Of a stretch of DNA of 64,000 nucleotides, positions 25,339 to 41,900 are shown one piece after another (position 1 is the first letter of the stretch; every line of letters begins with the position of its first letter). The position numbers and the translations under genes are program-made. The DNA is taken from assembly GCA_964057225.1 (NCBI GenBank), contig OZ059897.1, positions 15,872,001-15,936,000 of the forward strand. Reading direction: 5' to 3'. A model generated the notes under the pieces. The model saw only the letters and a list, made by a program, of their open reading frames with translations, was not told the DNA's origin and did no database searches. The stretch comes from Auanema rhodensis. Taxonomy: Eukaryota > Animalia > Nematoda.

Positions 25339-27389
25339 ATGTATAATCCAGCGTCTGCAAGAAGGCCAGTAGGCAGCATGCAACCTCCGCAGCAAAGCCA
25401 ATGTGAAATTCAGTCGAGAGAAAAGTAAGTTTTTTCAAAAATATATATTGTTACTTTTGATATGTTTGTCTATATTTATTAAATTTTGATGGTTTAGGCT
25501 TGCTACATTCGTATATGAATATTTATTATTAAGCGGAGCTCAAAAGTCTGCTGAGGCTTTCAAGGAAGAAATAATCAATGTAAGTAACCAGATCAGTTTC
25601 TTGTTATGTAACTTTAATATATGTTATAGAATATTCCAAGTGCTGTTCACTTGAAAACTGCAGATAGTGGACCAGGGTTTCTACAAAGTTGGTGGCTGTA
25701 AGTTTTTGATTGCATGTTCTTTCTTTAAACAGCTTTTTTAAGTGTGTTCTGGGACCTTTACTGTGCAGCTCCTGAGAGAAGGGATGGCACTTCTGCTGAA
25801 CCTTCACAAGAAGGCAAAATGTTTTATGACATAGTAAGTTTGGGAGATTTCAAGAAAACTCAACTTTAACATTGTGATATAATCTAATGTTCTTTTTTCA
25901 GTTTGTCCAAGGAGGTGGGGGATATGGCCCAGGGCCCATAATGAACGGAATGCCAGGGATGGTTCGTAGTTTAAAAAATATTTTTGTTTTACATTTCTGA
26001 AATATTTTGTTATCGATTATGCAGTGGGCCTGGTGAATGCCTATTATGAGCTTCTTCTGACTCTGTCAACAATGTCTTAGGCGAAGGGGCGAGGTCTAAG
26101 TTGACCAGTTAGAATCAGAGAAACTGGGTGTGGTAGACACGGGAAGACGTATAGAGATGCAGAGTGGCTGATGGGGGTCAATGGTGGGCAAAAACAGGCC
26201 ATGTTCTGTAATGCCATTTGAAATTCAGCATGATTGAGTAGAAGTTAACAAATATTTATGCAGAGAATTCTTATTAAGTCTCTTAGATACAGATAAACAA
26301 AAAAGTAAAATATAAAAGCATCTCCAAAAATGACTGTTAGGGAGAGAGGGAGAGGAAGATAAATCTCATTATCAACTCCGAAGGGAATTGTTCAGTCAAT
26401 AACTTTTTTCAGTTCCCTCCAGGAGGTGGACAAATGGGAATGCCTGGACCTGAAGGAATGATGCCAGGTAATTACTTCAGAAACAGTTGAGGCTATTTTT
26501 TCAATGTTAGGATTTCGAGGATTTCCTCAGGGCAGACCAGCCCCTCAAGGTCCTATGCCAGGCGGCTATGGGATGTTTCCAGGTGGGCCTGATCCAAGAG
26601 GGATGCCGCCACAGAGAATGCCTCCAAATAGCATGAGAATGCCTAATACATCTTTTGCCCCTGGACCTGGAATGAGGCCAACACCAGGTCCACCACCACC
26701 TCAAGGTTTGTTAAAAACAATATGATTATATTAATCGTATTTTTAGCTATGGGCGGATTCCGTGGACCTCCCTTCATGGACTCGCCAAACCAGGGGTTTC
26801 CACCCAATGCAATGATGCCTAACGGCATGGGTTCACAAGCTCCAATGTCTATGGCATCGCCCGGTATGCCTCCTGGTCCTCCAGTTGTTCCTGATGGTTA
26901 CGGGATGATGGGTATGCCAGCTAGTTCTTCGTCTATGCCTCCCGTAAGAAAAAAAACGTCTTAGTTGAAATAATGTTTTTGTTTAAGTATTGCATGGGAG
27001 ACGCTTCCGTTTCTGTCGGTAATAATGGTATGCCTCCAACACATACAGATGGCTCACAAATGATGATGATGAATAGTGAAGAGATTAAACAATCTCCAGC
27101 ATCTACACCGCATGGGATAAATGGAGGTACCCCTGCCCCAGGATCTGCTCAAAGTGGCCAACCTCCTTCCTCGGGGACGCCAGTGGGCCCACCTAATGAG
27201 GATAAACCGGGAAGCAATAGCAAACCTGTAGGAAATAATACTGTTTTCCAGAATTTCGTTGTTTTTTTATAGGAAGATATGGATGAGATAAGCAAAATCA
27301 AGCAAGGTCTTATGGATGATTCTCTCAACTTCACCGAAACAGCGACAGCCGAGCAAACTGGTGCGGGTGGTGGAAGCTTCTATAACTGA
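25339..27389 (+). CDS. sam-10: SSDP/SSBP2-4 family LisH/LUFS transcription cofactor
   Basis: REKLATFVYEYLLLSGAQKSAEAF (LisH) and PGFLQSWW..FWDLYCAAPERR, followed by a Gly/Pro/Met-rich region. C-terminal DEISKIKQGLMDD; stop TGA at 27387-27389. Confidence 0.88.
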
Positions 27390-28210
27390 GCAGGAAATTG
27401 TTCAGAACTTCAATAATTATATTTCGAAATTGTGCCAAAATCCGATCGGATGATGTGCGAGCATCAAGTCACCTCCTTTCCAAACGGTTACTTATGCATA
27501 ATTCTTCTATTGCGCCTCTTTTTTTTACTACTTTTACCTCTTATTTTTGCTGATATATGGTCCCACGTATATATTGATATGTCATGGTGCAAACTATAAT
27601 TTTACTAATTTGCTTCTATTGAGTGCTATTTATTTTATTACTGAATTCTTTGTATTATGCTAGTAGTTCTACTCATATCAAATCGAGCCGCGCTGTGCGT
27701 AGTAGAACACTCTGGGTTATAGCGTTAGTCTTAATCTTCACTTATTATTATAATTATAATTATTTTTATTTTTTTTAATAATGAACAGCCCAAAGCTGTC
27801 CAAAAGAGCTGACTATTTGATATCTCTTTTGACGCGCATCTCTCATCGTTACTAATTTTTAAAATTTAACACTAACTGTAGTACTGCATTTCATTCACTT
27901 GTGCGAGGAATTAATATTCCTTTTCCCCATTTAGCCTTATCTTATTGCTGCATTTGTATATGGCTTTATTACATATTGATTTTCCATGTTTGAGTCCTCC
28001 AGCTGATGATTTACAAATATCTCATTGGACATATTCCACTTTTTTGCGCTCTCTATATCTTTCTCTTTGAAGTTTACCAGAACTCCTAGATTTGTTCGCA
28101 CCCCAGATGTATACGTTCAATAATTACAACGCTTAATGTGTCGTGGGCTTTGGTTTCCAGTTTTTTATGTTATTCTTAATACTTTATCTTTCCGTAATAA
28201 TGTATTTAAG

Positions 28211-28302
28211 AATAAAAAATATGTCGGTAAAAAACCTAGAACTCGTTGATACGAGCATGTATTTATGTGGGAGATGTTCTAAGGCTAATTTTATCATTGC
28301 AG
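28211..28302 (+). promoter_or_regulatory. Operon-type intercistronic region: AATAAA followed ~86 nt later by an unpaired 3' splice (trans-splice) site directly before the mac-1 ATG
   Basis: AATAAA at 28211-28216 and TTGCAG|ATG at 28297-28305; the spacing is typical of SL2 operons. Confidence 0.55.
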
Positions 28303-31993
<3,691 letters not shown>

Positions 31994-32192
31994 TTGTTTA
32001 TCTTTTGTCTTTGTTGATGTTGTTGTTATTGCTTTTAATTGTTTTCTGTTATTTTAAAATCAATATTATTGCATATATTTCTCACACATTCAAATAGGTT
32101 TACATGCCTTGTCACTACCTTTCGATTCAAATTCTATTTTTATTTGTTTATAATAATTTTGCATAGTTGCGTGTATATTTATTCCTTTAGTG

Positions 32193-35100
32193 ATGACCAG
32201 CTGGGAGCCGAATCAGGAAGAACTCCAACAGGTAATTATTGGGTTTAGAAATTTTGTGTAAATCTTATTCTAGGTGCTCGCCCTTCTCCACCATTCAACT
32301 TCATCGGATACTGAAGTGCAAAGATCAGTACAACAAAGGCTTGACCAGTTGAATGGTCATCAGCAGTTCTGTTGTTATCTTGTTTATATTCTCAGCTCTT
32401 TATCAAATTCAGAAGAGGTTTTTGATTTTGTATACTGTTTATTTGCAAACTTGTTTCATTCTAGCAGTCACGGTCACTTGCGGGACTTATTCTGAAAAAT
32501 AATATTCGAACACGATGGTTGCAGTACCCTGCCGACATCAAGAAATATGTACAGCAAGAAACTCTTCGAAGTATTGCTGATAACTCACCGTTAGTGAGAG
32601 CTACAGTTGGAATTATTGGTTAGGAAGTTTGAGTTTTTTTTGTTTAGATTAGTATATGTTTCAGTGACTACCATAGTCTTGGAGCAAGGAGTGGAAGGTT
32701 GGCCAGATTTATTACCAACCTTGAAACGAATGTTAGAAGAAGATAGCAATCCTTTCATGCAGGAGGTAATACATTTTTCTCATTGATCTGACTACGTTTC
32801 ATATTTTTAGGGAGCTCTTGGAGCAATTCAGAAAGTATTTGAAGATTACGGAGATAGATTACAAAATGATGTAGCGCAACCTCTGATGCTTCCAATATTG
32901 CGATTTTTTAACTCAACAAATGGAAAAATGAGGGGACTTGCAATGAGCTCATTTAATAGTATATTAATGATCAATAACGACCCTATTATCCCAATCATTG
33001 ATCAGTACCTTCCATGTTTGTTTGAAAGAGCTCACGATACTGACGAGGTAACATTTTTGAAATTTCTTTCATATATACTACATTCTTTAAAGGAAGTTCA
33101 ACGGCAGTTGTGTAGGTCATTGTGCTTACTATTAGATGGTTTTTTGCCAAACCTTGCTCCTCATTTTCCTAATGTCATTGACTATATCATTATCAAAACT
33201 GGGGTATAGACTTCCCTTTTCAATTCACTTTGATATTAATTGATTTTCAGGATTCAAATGAAGCTATTGCTTTAGAAGCTTGTGAGTTTTTCTTGTCTCT
33301 TGCTGAGAGTCCAGATATTTGTAAGCCTACGCTAAAAGACGTATTGCCAAAACTAATACCTGTTCTTGTTAAATGTATGCGTTATTCTGAAGAAGATATA
33401 ATTTTATTCAAGGTATCTGATGTTATATTCAAACATGAACCAAATTGAGTTTTGTTTCAGGGTAATTGCGATGATGACAGTATGGTTCCTGATCGTGAAG
33501 AAGATATCAAGCCACGCTTCCACAAAGCTAAAGATGTGGGAAACGTAAGTTATTTTGTATCTTATTAAGTGCTTTATAAATTAATTATAGGCCGAAGACG
33601 AAGATGACGATGATGATGATGAAGCAACTGCTGATTGGAATATTCGTGAGTTATGTGTAGAGTTCTGTTTATTTATTTGGTCTCTTGCTAGGTCGATGTT
33701 CTGCTGCTTCTCTTGATGTTTTAGCAAATGTGTTCCGAGAGGATCTCTTACCTGTTTTATTACCGATTATAAAGGAAACACTGTTCCACCCAGAATGGGA
33801 AGTCAAAGAATCTGGAATTCTCGCTCTCGGTGCGGTTGCTGAAGGATGTATGCAGGGACTTGTCCCATTCCTTCCGGAGCTCGTTCCATTCTTGTTAAAT
33901 ATGCTTCAAGATGCTAAACCTTTAGTTAGATCCATTACTTGCTGGACTTTGTCTAGATTTTGTAGTTGGGTTATAGATGAAGCAGCTGATACATTTTTCT
34001 ACCCTCTTTTGAGTGGAGTAAGTACCAAATGTATGCTGTTCTTATCAGGTTTTTCAGTTGTTGCAACGAATTTTGGATAATAACAAGAAAGTACAAGAAG
34101 CTGCTTGCAGTGCTTTCGCTGTGTTTGAGGAAGAAGGAGGAGAATTTCTTATTCCTTATCTAGATGAAATTATCAATACATTAGTTAAAGCCTTCTCCAT
34201 GTATCAAGTACGTATTTTATCTGTAAAGACATATATGTGTGTTTCTATTTAGGCAAGAAATTTACTCATTCTATATGATGCTGTTGGAACTTTGGCAGGA
34301 TCTGTTGGTGCAGCGATGCGAAATCCTGCCTATGTGCAAATGCTTATGCCACCCCTGATGGAAAAATGGATGCGTTTGGGAAATGATGAAAAGGTGAGCA
34401 TATTATTTATTGGACATAAATTTTTGTTTTATTCTTCAGGAATTATTTCCTTTGTTGGAATGTGTATCAGCAATTGCTTCGTCAACGGCAGTGGAATTTA
34501 TACCATACACAGAGCCAGTTTTCAATAAGTATATTCTATTTATATACTATTACTGATATTTTTTTTCGCAGATGTGTGCATTTGATTGAAAAATCAATGG
34601 AAGCTTGTATTCAAGCTGCTGCTAATCCTGATCACTTTGAAATGCCTGATAAAGTTCAAAATTTTCTATTTCTGTTTTTGTAACGTGGTTTTTTAGGATT
34701 TTCTTATTGTAGCACTTGATTTATTATCTGGATTAGCGGAAGGTTTATCTAATCGTATTGAGCCTTTAGTGGCTAACAGTAATCTGATACATTTAGTTGT
34801 AGCTGCTGCTATGGTAATTAGTAATCACATTTGTATATAGAAATTTCATATTGCAGGATGTTTCGGGAGAAGTTCGTCAAAGTACTTTTGCATTAATTGG
34901 TGATTTAGTTAAAACTTGTTGGACACATGTAAAGCCTTACATAAGTAGTTTGTCTTATTTATTTATTTTATTATGTTATTTGAATTAGATACCTTCGTTC
35001 CTGTTTTGACGTTAAGTTTTGATACAGCTCATGTGTCAGCGTGTAACAATGCCGTCTGGGCATTTGGGGAAATCGCCGTTCGAGCAGGACCTGAGCTAAG

Positions 35101-35715
35101 ACCACTTGTTGCTCCTATATTACCATATCTTATTCGAATTATGACCAAGCCAGACATGCAGAGAACACTACTAGAAAACACTGGTGAGTACTTTTAAACT
35201 ATGCCTTGATATAGAGTTGATTATAGCAATTACCATCGGGCGATTAGGTATTCATTGTGCAGAAGATGTAGCTCCGATGATGGGCCATTTTATTAGACCA
35301 GTATGTTTAAGTCTTAGAAACTGCAGGTAGTTATTGTATTTCTTATTTCAACGAAGCTTTATCTTACAGAGACAACTTTGAGAAAGAAGGTGCATTTCGT
35401 GGAATTTGCGCAATGATCAATATCAACCCGCAAGGACTGATTAATGTAATAAAGTTTCATTTCTCCTTAACTTCTATTTTTTTTAGGATTTTATTTTCTG
35501 GTGTGATGCCATAGCTTCATTCCAAACTATAAAACCAGACCTTAAAGAAGCATTTATCAGAGTAAATACCTAACTATTGTTATATTTATTAATTTTCTTT
35601 TTTTTAGATTCTTGTAGGATTCAGAAATCACCTCGGTGATGATAATTGGAACTCATATACGGGGCAATTCCCTGCTCCATTACGGGAAAGATTAGCTAAT
35701 TTATATAATATTTAG
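32193..35715 (+). CDS. imb-2: Transportin-1 / importin beta-2
   Basis: [18 protein letters not shown]; acidic H8 loop [30 protein letters not shown]; [14 protein letters not shown]; [12 protein letters not shown]; [12 protein letters not shown]; [13 protein letters not shown]; [13 protein letters not shown]. Stop TAG at 35713-35715. Confidence 0.93.
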
Positions 35716-37248
35716 ACGGCATCCATTTCTTATTTATCTTCCCTCGGCTTCCACAGGTTGTTAGTAAGACGCCATTTATTATTTACTGCTAGGCTCGTAC
35801 ATGATCTAGCTTAACTTCGGAGAATATTTTGGTTTTCCTTATCTCTTCACTGCTCACTAATTCCTTTCTATTTGGCATATTTTATACCATGACTTATTAT
35901 TGATAGATGATTAGTGTTGACCAATTTTATACTATCTATATTTTGTATATTTCAATCAGATCATAGTTTTGTGTAGTTACACTCCGGTAACTTCTCTGTG
36001 TCCTAGCCGCGTTGTTAATTTGTTGTGATTGTTTTTATAATACGGATATTGACTAGAGTAGAAAAGACATTTGCAGGTAAATCCTGAATATTTTAGAAAT
36101 TGGAAAACATTCAGCAACCGCTAATGATTTTTCCAATAATTGTAGAATATCAGAGATTTTCTTGTCGTGTCGGATGTTGGTTGTCCAGTCCTGTGCCCCT
36201 GTTTGTGTGATTTTTTGTTCAAGCCGGGTTTTTCTAATTTACCTATTACTTTATTAACACCTCCTAATTTTGGTGGTCAGGTACTATTATTAAGCTGTCT
36301 TTCTGAGAGAACCTTTATTAATAGGTAGTTTAACCGGTCGTCCACGTTGCTATATGTGAATATGTGTTTTCCTATTCCCGCTCCATGTTATTACAGTTTA
36401 GACTAAGAGAAATCGCCCGAATTTATCCTTCAGATTTTGAAGAAAAGATGTATATATTTTCATGTTTTGTATTCCGGGTGACCTCTGTCAAACTATAAAT
36501 AGAATTAATACCCTTAATCAATATTCATTTTGATTCAGTTCTAAAATTCTGCGAATTGTATCGGTTAGATTCTCTTGGCAGAGTACAACGATTCGAGGGC
36601 GGTTGTTTTCCCTCTTTTGCTTCTTCGTTTTGCACCCTATATCATTCTTTTCTGATCTCTGTCGGTGCTTATAGATTTTTCACTTTATGAAACAAAAATT
36701 CAGCTATATCTACCGCGTCCCACTTTTGTGTCTCACTTTCGTGTAAAAAACTAAGCAATATCTTCGGGTAGTATAAGTTGGGTACCTTAGTCGGAACTTG
36801 TTGTGCATATCAAACGGTGTGCTTCTATAGTTTCCGGTATAAAATAATGCAACTGCTCACTAATGTGTATGGTTGATTCTAAAAACCTATTTGTTTGTGA
36901 TTTTTGATCGTCAATCTGTATTGGTTTTACTAGCCATTAAATCATGGGGTATTTATTCATTTAATAGTCTTAAGATTTCCTTAGTAGTTGAATGAATGTA
37001 TATTCTCATAGAATATTATTCGTTGCGCTCTCTTAAGTTATAACATGTACTGCCTAACTAAATATTAGAATACGTCAGCGTCATGTGAAATATGTTTTGA
37101 ATTAATTTTATTAAAGTATTATTTTAAGAACATTGATCCTTTTTTAGAAAGCATTGCATATTTCCCCAATTTTTATTTTTCAAATAGTAAAATAGGATAA
37201 CATTATAAGTAAAATTATTGGCTGACAAATTCAGGATAAAATAAATAT

Positions 37249-37824
37249 TTAAGCGATGAGAATGTCATCACGACACTTAATAGTAGCATAATCAAGTTCA
37301 TGAGAATTCTTTTTTGCTCCAAGAACAAAGTTTTTAACACGATGGCAATCATCTTCAACCCTGTAAATGATAACTTGAAACAATAATACAGAAAAGAATA
37401 TCTTACTTGTATTCAACAGCGAATTTCCCTCCTTCATTCTTAGTTTCTCTAGGAAGAGTGTTAACGTCGTATTGGATACCCTCACGAGATTCATATTCAG
37501 CAATCTTGAAAATGTTTCAGAAGATCTTGTCATAATTGAGAGAAGTACTCACAGCATTGTGGAGAAGCTCTAAATTTGTCTGCACAGTAGCTGGATCAAA
37601 TGGCTTGATGCTGACAATTGTAACAATAACTGGTTGTTGAACATCAGTGTAGTCAGATTCATCAATGCTTCTACGTCTACGAACAGTTGTAGCTTCCACG
37701 GTAGTTTGTTCAACCGGAGCACAAGCCTAGAAGAAAGCTCAGAAATAGTTTGAATAAAATAAGTTACCGAAATGGCTGTAACTGCCATGGAGAGAAAGAC
37801 GAAGGCCACCAATTGACTATTCAT
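37249..37824 (-). CDS. Small secreted protein (146 aa), copy 1
   Basis: Mirror image of the + copy: signal peptide, RRRR furin-like site, and a C-terminal domain with two Cys; 4 exons. Confidence 0.8.
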
Positions 37825-38184
37825 TTTCAGATATTCAAAATTTTTTGAATGATGGCTCAACTGATTTTGAACAACCTTATATACCAATCACAGACAGTCA
37901 TATTCAAGACATTATATGAAAAGTTTAGAAATATGAATGACCACCCATTAAGAATCTGAATAAACATCATTAATATTATATTTATAATTGAATATCTTAT
38001 AAATATATTTTATTGTGCTTTTATACAGTGGTTATATATATGTATATAAATGGGTTATTTGCTTTTCGCCAAATTTTATTGGTAGTGACCAGTGCAATGT
38101 CTTGAATATGACTGTCTGTGATTGGTATATAAGGTTGTTCAAAATCAGTTGAGCCATCATTCAAAAAATTTTGAATATCTGAAA

Positions 38185-38760
38185 ATGAATAGTCAATTGG
38201 TGGCCTTCGTCTTTCTCTCCATGGCAGTTACAGCCATTTCGGTAACTTATTTTATTCAAACTATTTCTGAGCTTTCTTCTAGGCTTGTGCTCCGGTTGAA
38301 CAAACTACCGTGGAAGCTACAACTGTTCGTAGACGTAGAAGCATTGATGAATCTGACTACACTGATGTTCAACAACCAGTTATTGTTACAATTGTCAGCA
38401 TCAAGCCATTTGATCCAGCTACTGTGCAGACAAATTTAGAGCTTCTCCACAATGCTGTGAGTACTTCTCTCAGTTATGACAAGATCTTCTGAAACATTTT
38501 CAAGATTGCTGAATATGAATCTCGTGAGGGTATCCAATACGACGTTAACACTCTTCCTAGAGAAACTAAGAATGAAGGAGGGAAATTCGCTGTTGAATAC
38601 AAGTAAGATATTCTTTTCTGTATTATTGTTTCAAGTTATCATTTACAGGGTTGAAGATGATTGCCATCGTGTTAAAAACTTTGTTCTTGGAGCAAAAAAG
38701 AATTCTCATGAACTTGATTATGCTACTATTAAGTGTCGTGATGACATTCTCATCGCTTAA
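38185..38760 (+). CDS. Small secreted protein (146 aa), copy 2
   Basis: Exons 38185-38241, 38283-38456, 38505-38602 and 38649-38760 give MNSQLVAFVFLSMAVTAISA-CAPVEQTTVEATTVRRRRS..VIVTIVSIKPFDP..GGKFAVEYKVEDDCHRVKNFV..ATIKCRDDILIA*. TATA box TATATAA at 38126-38132. Confidence 0.82.
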
Positions 38761-38921
38761 ATATTTATTTTATCCTGAATTTGTCAGCCAATAATTTTAC
38801 TTATAATGTTATCCTATTTTACTATTTGAAAAATAAAAATTGGGGAAATATACTATATTTTTATATATCACATCGATTATATCAATATTTATTTTGAGAC
38901 TGAATGTTATGAGATTCTTCA

Positions 38922-41900
38922 TTACTTTTTTTCTTGTTTTTGAAATCGTTTCAAGATTTTCTTAACATTTTGTAAATAAAACTGTTTGGTGTGTGGATGA
39001 ACAGGAATATCAAATATGATAGGATCATTTTTCACAACTAAATTCTCATCGCATTGACTGCAGTTTATGAATTTTGTATATCCATCTGATGTACAACCAT
39101 ACCCTAAACAAACAAATGTATTTTTTCACTATTAAAAAATAATTTTACCTTCATGAATATGGGAAAATACATGATATTTTGGTTTTATTCTCTTAGTAAC
39201 TGAATTTAACAATTCTACACAGCCCATACGCTGTCCATTAGACATCATGTCACCATGACCTAAAAAATGATTCAAATATTTTATTATTTTTTACATTATA
39301 CCTAAAGGTGGAGTGTGTGTCAATAGAACATCTACTCCTGAAGGAATCTGATTCCATTTATCCAGTAGTGGTTGACCACGAGGTAAATTGAAAGCCCAGT
39401 TATCTACACGGGGCTGCCTGCAAGATAAGCAAAATTATTTCTAATTTAAAAAAATAGTACTAACCAAGGGCTTCCATATATGGTTATACCAAATAATTCA
39501 ATTACAGAATCTTCTAAATATATTCCATTCGTGATTAATGGTTTAGGTGATGATAATTTTGCTGAACTTAAAGCAGTTTGTAAAGCCTGTTTCAAAGCCA
39601 TTTCTTTGGCTTCTGTCTCACGATCTGCAAAAAAAATAAATTGTTTCAAATATTTATTTTGCCTAAGCATTTTTTAAAATAAATTGAAAAATTTTAAAAC
39701 TTCAAAATTAATATCGATATCGATTATAATGAAAATTAACAAACTCGATGATCTAAGGAATCCTTCGTCAAATGTACATTCATTATTTCCAGCTATAACT
39801 ACTTTATATGCATGCTTTAACTGTGCTGAAAGTAACAGATATAAAAAAATATTTCAATATTTCAAAAAGCTCCTAAACAATAATTTAAAAGTTATTTACC
39901 CAAATTCTTATTGAAATTGTAAACTTCTTTCGGTAGACCACAAGTTGTGAAATCTCCAACAATAAGCAGTACATCACCGGGAGGGATGCAATGAGGATCT
40001 AATCGAAACCCGTGAGAACATCCTATCAAAATATTTTCTTTCCAGATTTTTTTGATTTACAACTTACCAATACACACAAATCGAACATGATCAGGTTTTA
40101 TCGGAGTATCTAGCTTCATCTATAACAAAATAAAACATTTTTTCTGTGGTGGGACAGTGAATGAGATTAAGAAAATCGTTTTCAAAACAAATACATCATT
40201 AGTCATTTTGTTCCTCACCTGTCTGACTGGTTTAACAGGCCGTTTTTCCCGGAGCATTTCCCATGCTAAAGTTGGATCTTCCGTGTACTGATGTGTATTA
40301 ATCTGAAAATTTATTCATTATCAAAGTTATGTCTCATGAATGCGTTTTTTTCTGTTTCCAGAATAATTATCCCAGGACTTAGAATTTTAAAAAATGGGCT
40401 TACTGCCAAGCAGAACATAGTTTTCTATTATTCAAGCTGGTAACAAGAGTTAATCAAATAATTGATTCGCAATTATTGACTTGAAGCTTAAAATTAAAAT
40501 AATTTCTAAGCTTATATGCTATATATAAATTTAAAATACATTTGATTTTGGTCCTGATGCTAAAGATTCACGACGAAGGTTTGAAATTCGTCGTCTTTGT
40601 TTTTCAGCTTCTTTGGCAGCAGCATTATCTTTTATAATTGAGGTAGTTCCAAAGAAATTAGTTGATTTGGAGAACATCCTTACTGTATAAAACTGGAATA
40701 TAGCTATTGTTTTACAAATGTGTTAAAACAAAGATGTAAGAAACTAAATCATGGCATAACCATGCAAAATGAAAAATAAGAAAATTGAACAAATCATGAA
40801 AGAAAAGAAAATGATATGAAAGCTTAACACATGCAGCGGTATCTTGAGAGAAGCATCTGTGATACTTCGTTCGATACAATCCGTCAGCTAGTTACACACT
40901 TATATACTCAATGAGCTAGATGAACCAATTTTTAAAATGGAAGTTGTTCTTGAAGTCAGCTGACAAAAATATTGTGATTAGAAACTGAACTTTGATGAAC
41001 TTAAGGCATGAAATTTTATCAGAAAATTGGAAAAGAGAGGATAGAAGAACGTTCAAGTAGTGTTTTTTGCTTCCAAACAAGACTACAACAAATTGAAATA
41101 TTTTTCGAATCTTTAACGTTGATGATCGAATGGTAGGGCATACGGTGGGGAATGCTCACGGTGCTGAAGCTCATAATGATGGTCAGGTGGTGTGGAGGCA
41201 GAAGATCGTAGAAGACAAATGGGAAGAAAATGAGGTGAAAGCAGAAGATGAACGACTGCGATACCGGATAGATAGATACAAAAACCAATTAAATCTGATT
41301 GAACTGAAAGATGAAGAGCTAACTCTGATATATCAAAAATTCAAACTTCGAGGCATATGAGCATTTTTTCTCACTGATACAACTTGGAACACGTCCATGT
41401 CATTCACTTTGAAAGGTGTAAAAAACTCGAAAGTGACGTAAAATACTGTTTAAAGCGTATATATGCTAAAAAACAAATGAAACATAATAACTTTTTGCTT
41501 AGTGTTAACTCAATCGAATATATTCTAGTAATCTATTTGGATTTTAATATAGGCTTAGAATGTTTTTGAAACAAAATTTTTAATAAATAGTTATTCAAAG
41601 GTCTAAACTAAATGGTTACGTATTGATAAAGCAACATTACATCTTTCTACAAATTATTTCCTGTAGCACCTAGATATCTTGATCAAATTTAAAATATCCG
41701 AGTATAATGCTCATATGAATAACTTGATTTATCTTTATTTTTAAAAAAATATCAAATAAAATAAAAAAGCAGATGAAAAGAATAAAAAATACTTCCGGCG
41801 GGGCAAAGGAAGTAAAAATGATTCAAAGAATCAATTGCTTCTGAATGGGATCATCATCATCCCTAACACTCAGAGCAGAGAATTTATCATCATGTTGGTC

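Larger units (their letters stand above)
37158..38851. repeat. Near-perfect inverted duplication: arms 37158-37913 and 38096-38851 (756 bp each), 182-bp spacer
   Basis: Paired coordinates sum to 76009 throughout, so there are no indels. Mirror ORFs are identical apart from one noticed intronic mismatch (37536/38473). Confidence 0.97.

Noticed and set aside
26020-26232. RNase P or RNase MRP RNA
   Set aside because: Partial resemblances (GGCTGA / AATTCAGC, AGAGAA) are in the wrong order and spacing for CR-I to CR-V; there is no GAAAGTCCCC/GGGGCT P4.
35716-37150. Hidden gene or ncRNA in the 1.4 kb after imb-2
   Set aside because: U-rich, 3'UTR-like composition with no spliceable ORF or clear structure visible by eye.
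41550-41558. TAGGCTTAG telomere 9-mer (template-like on the minus strand) in the phosphoesterase intron
   Set aside because: A few such 9-mers are expected by chance in 64 kb; the surroundings are AT-rich with no evident structure.
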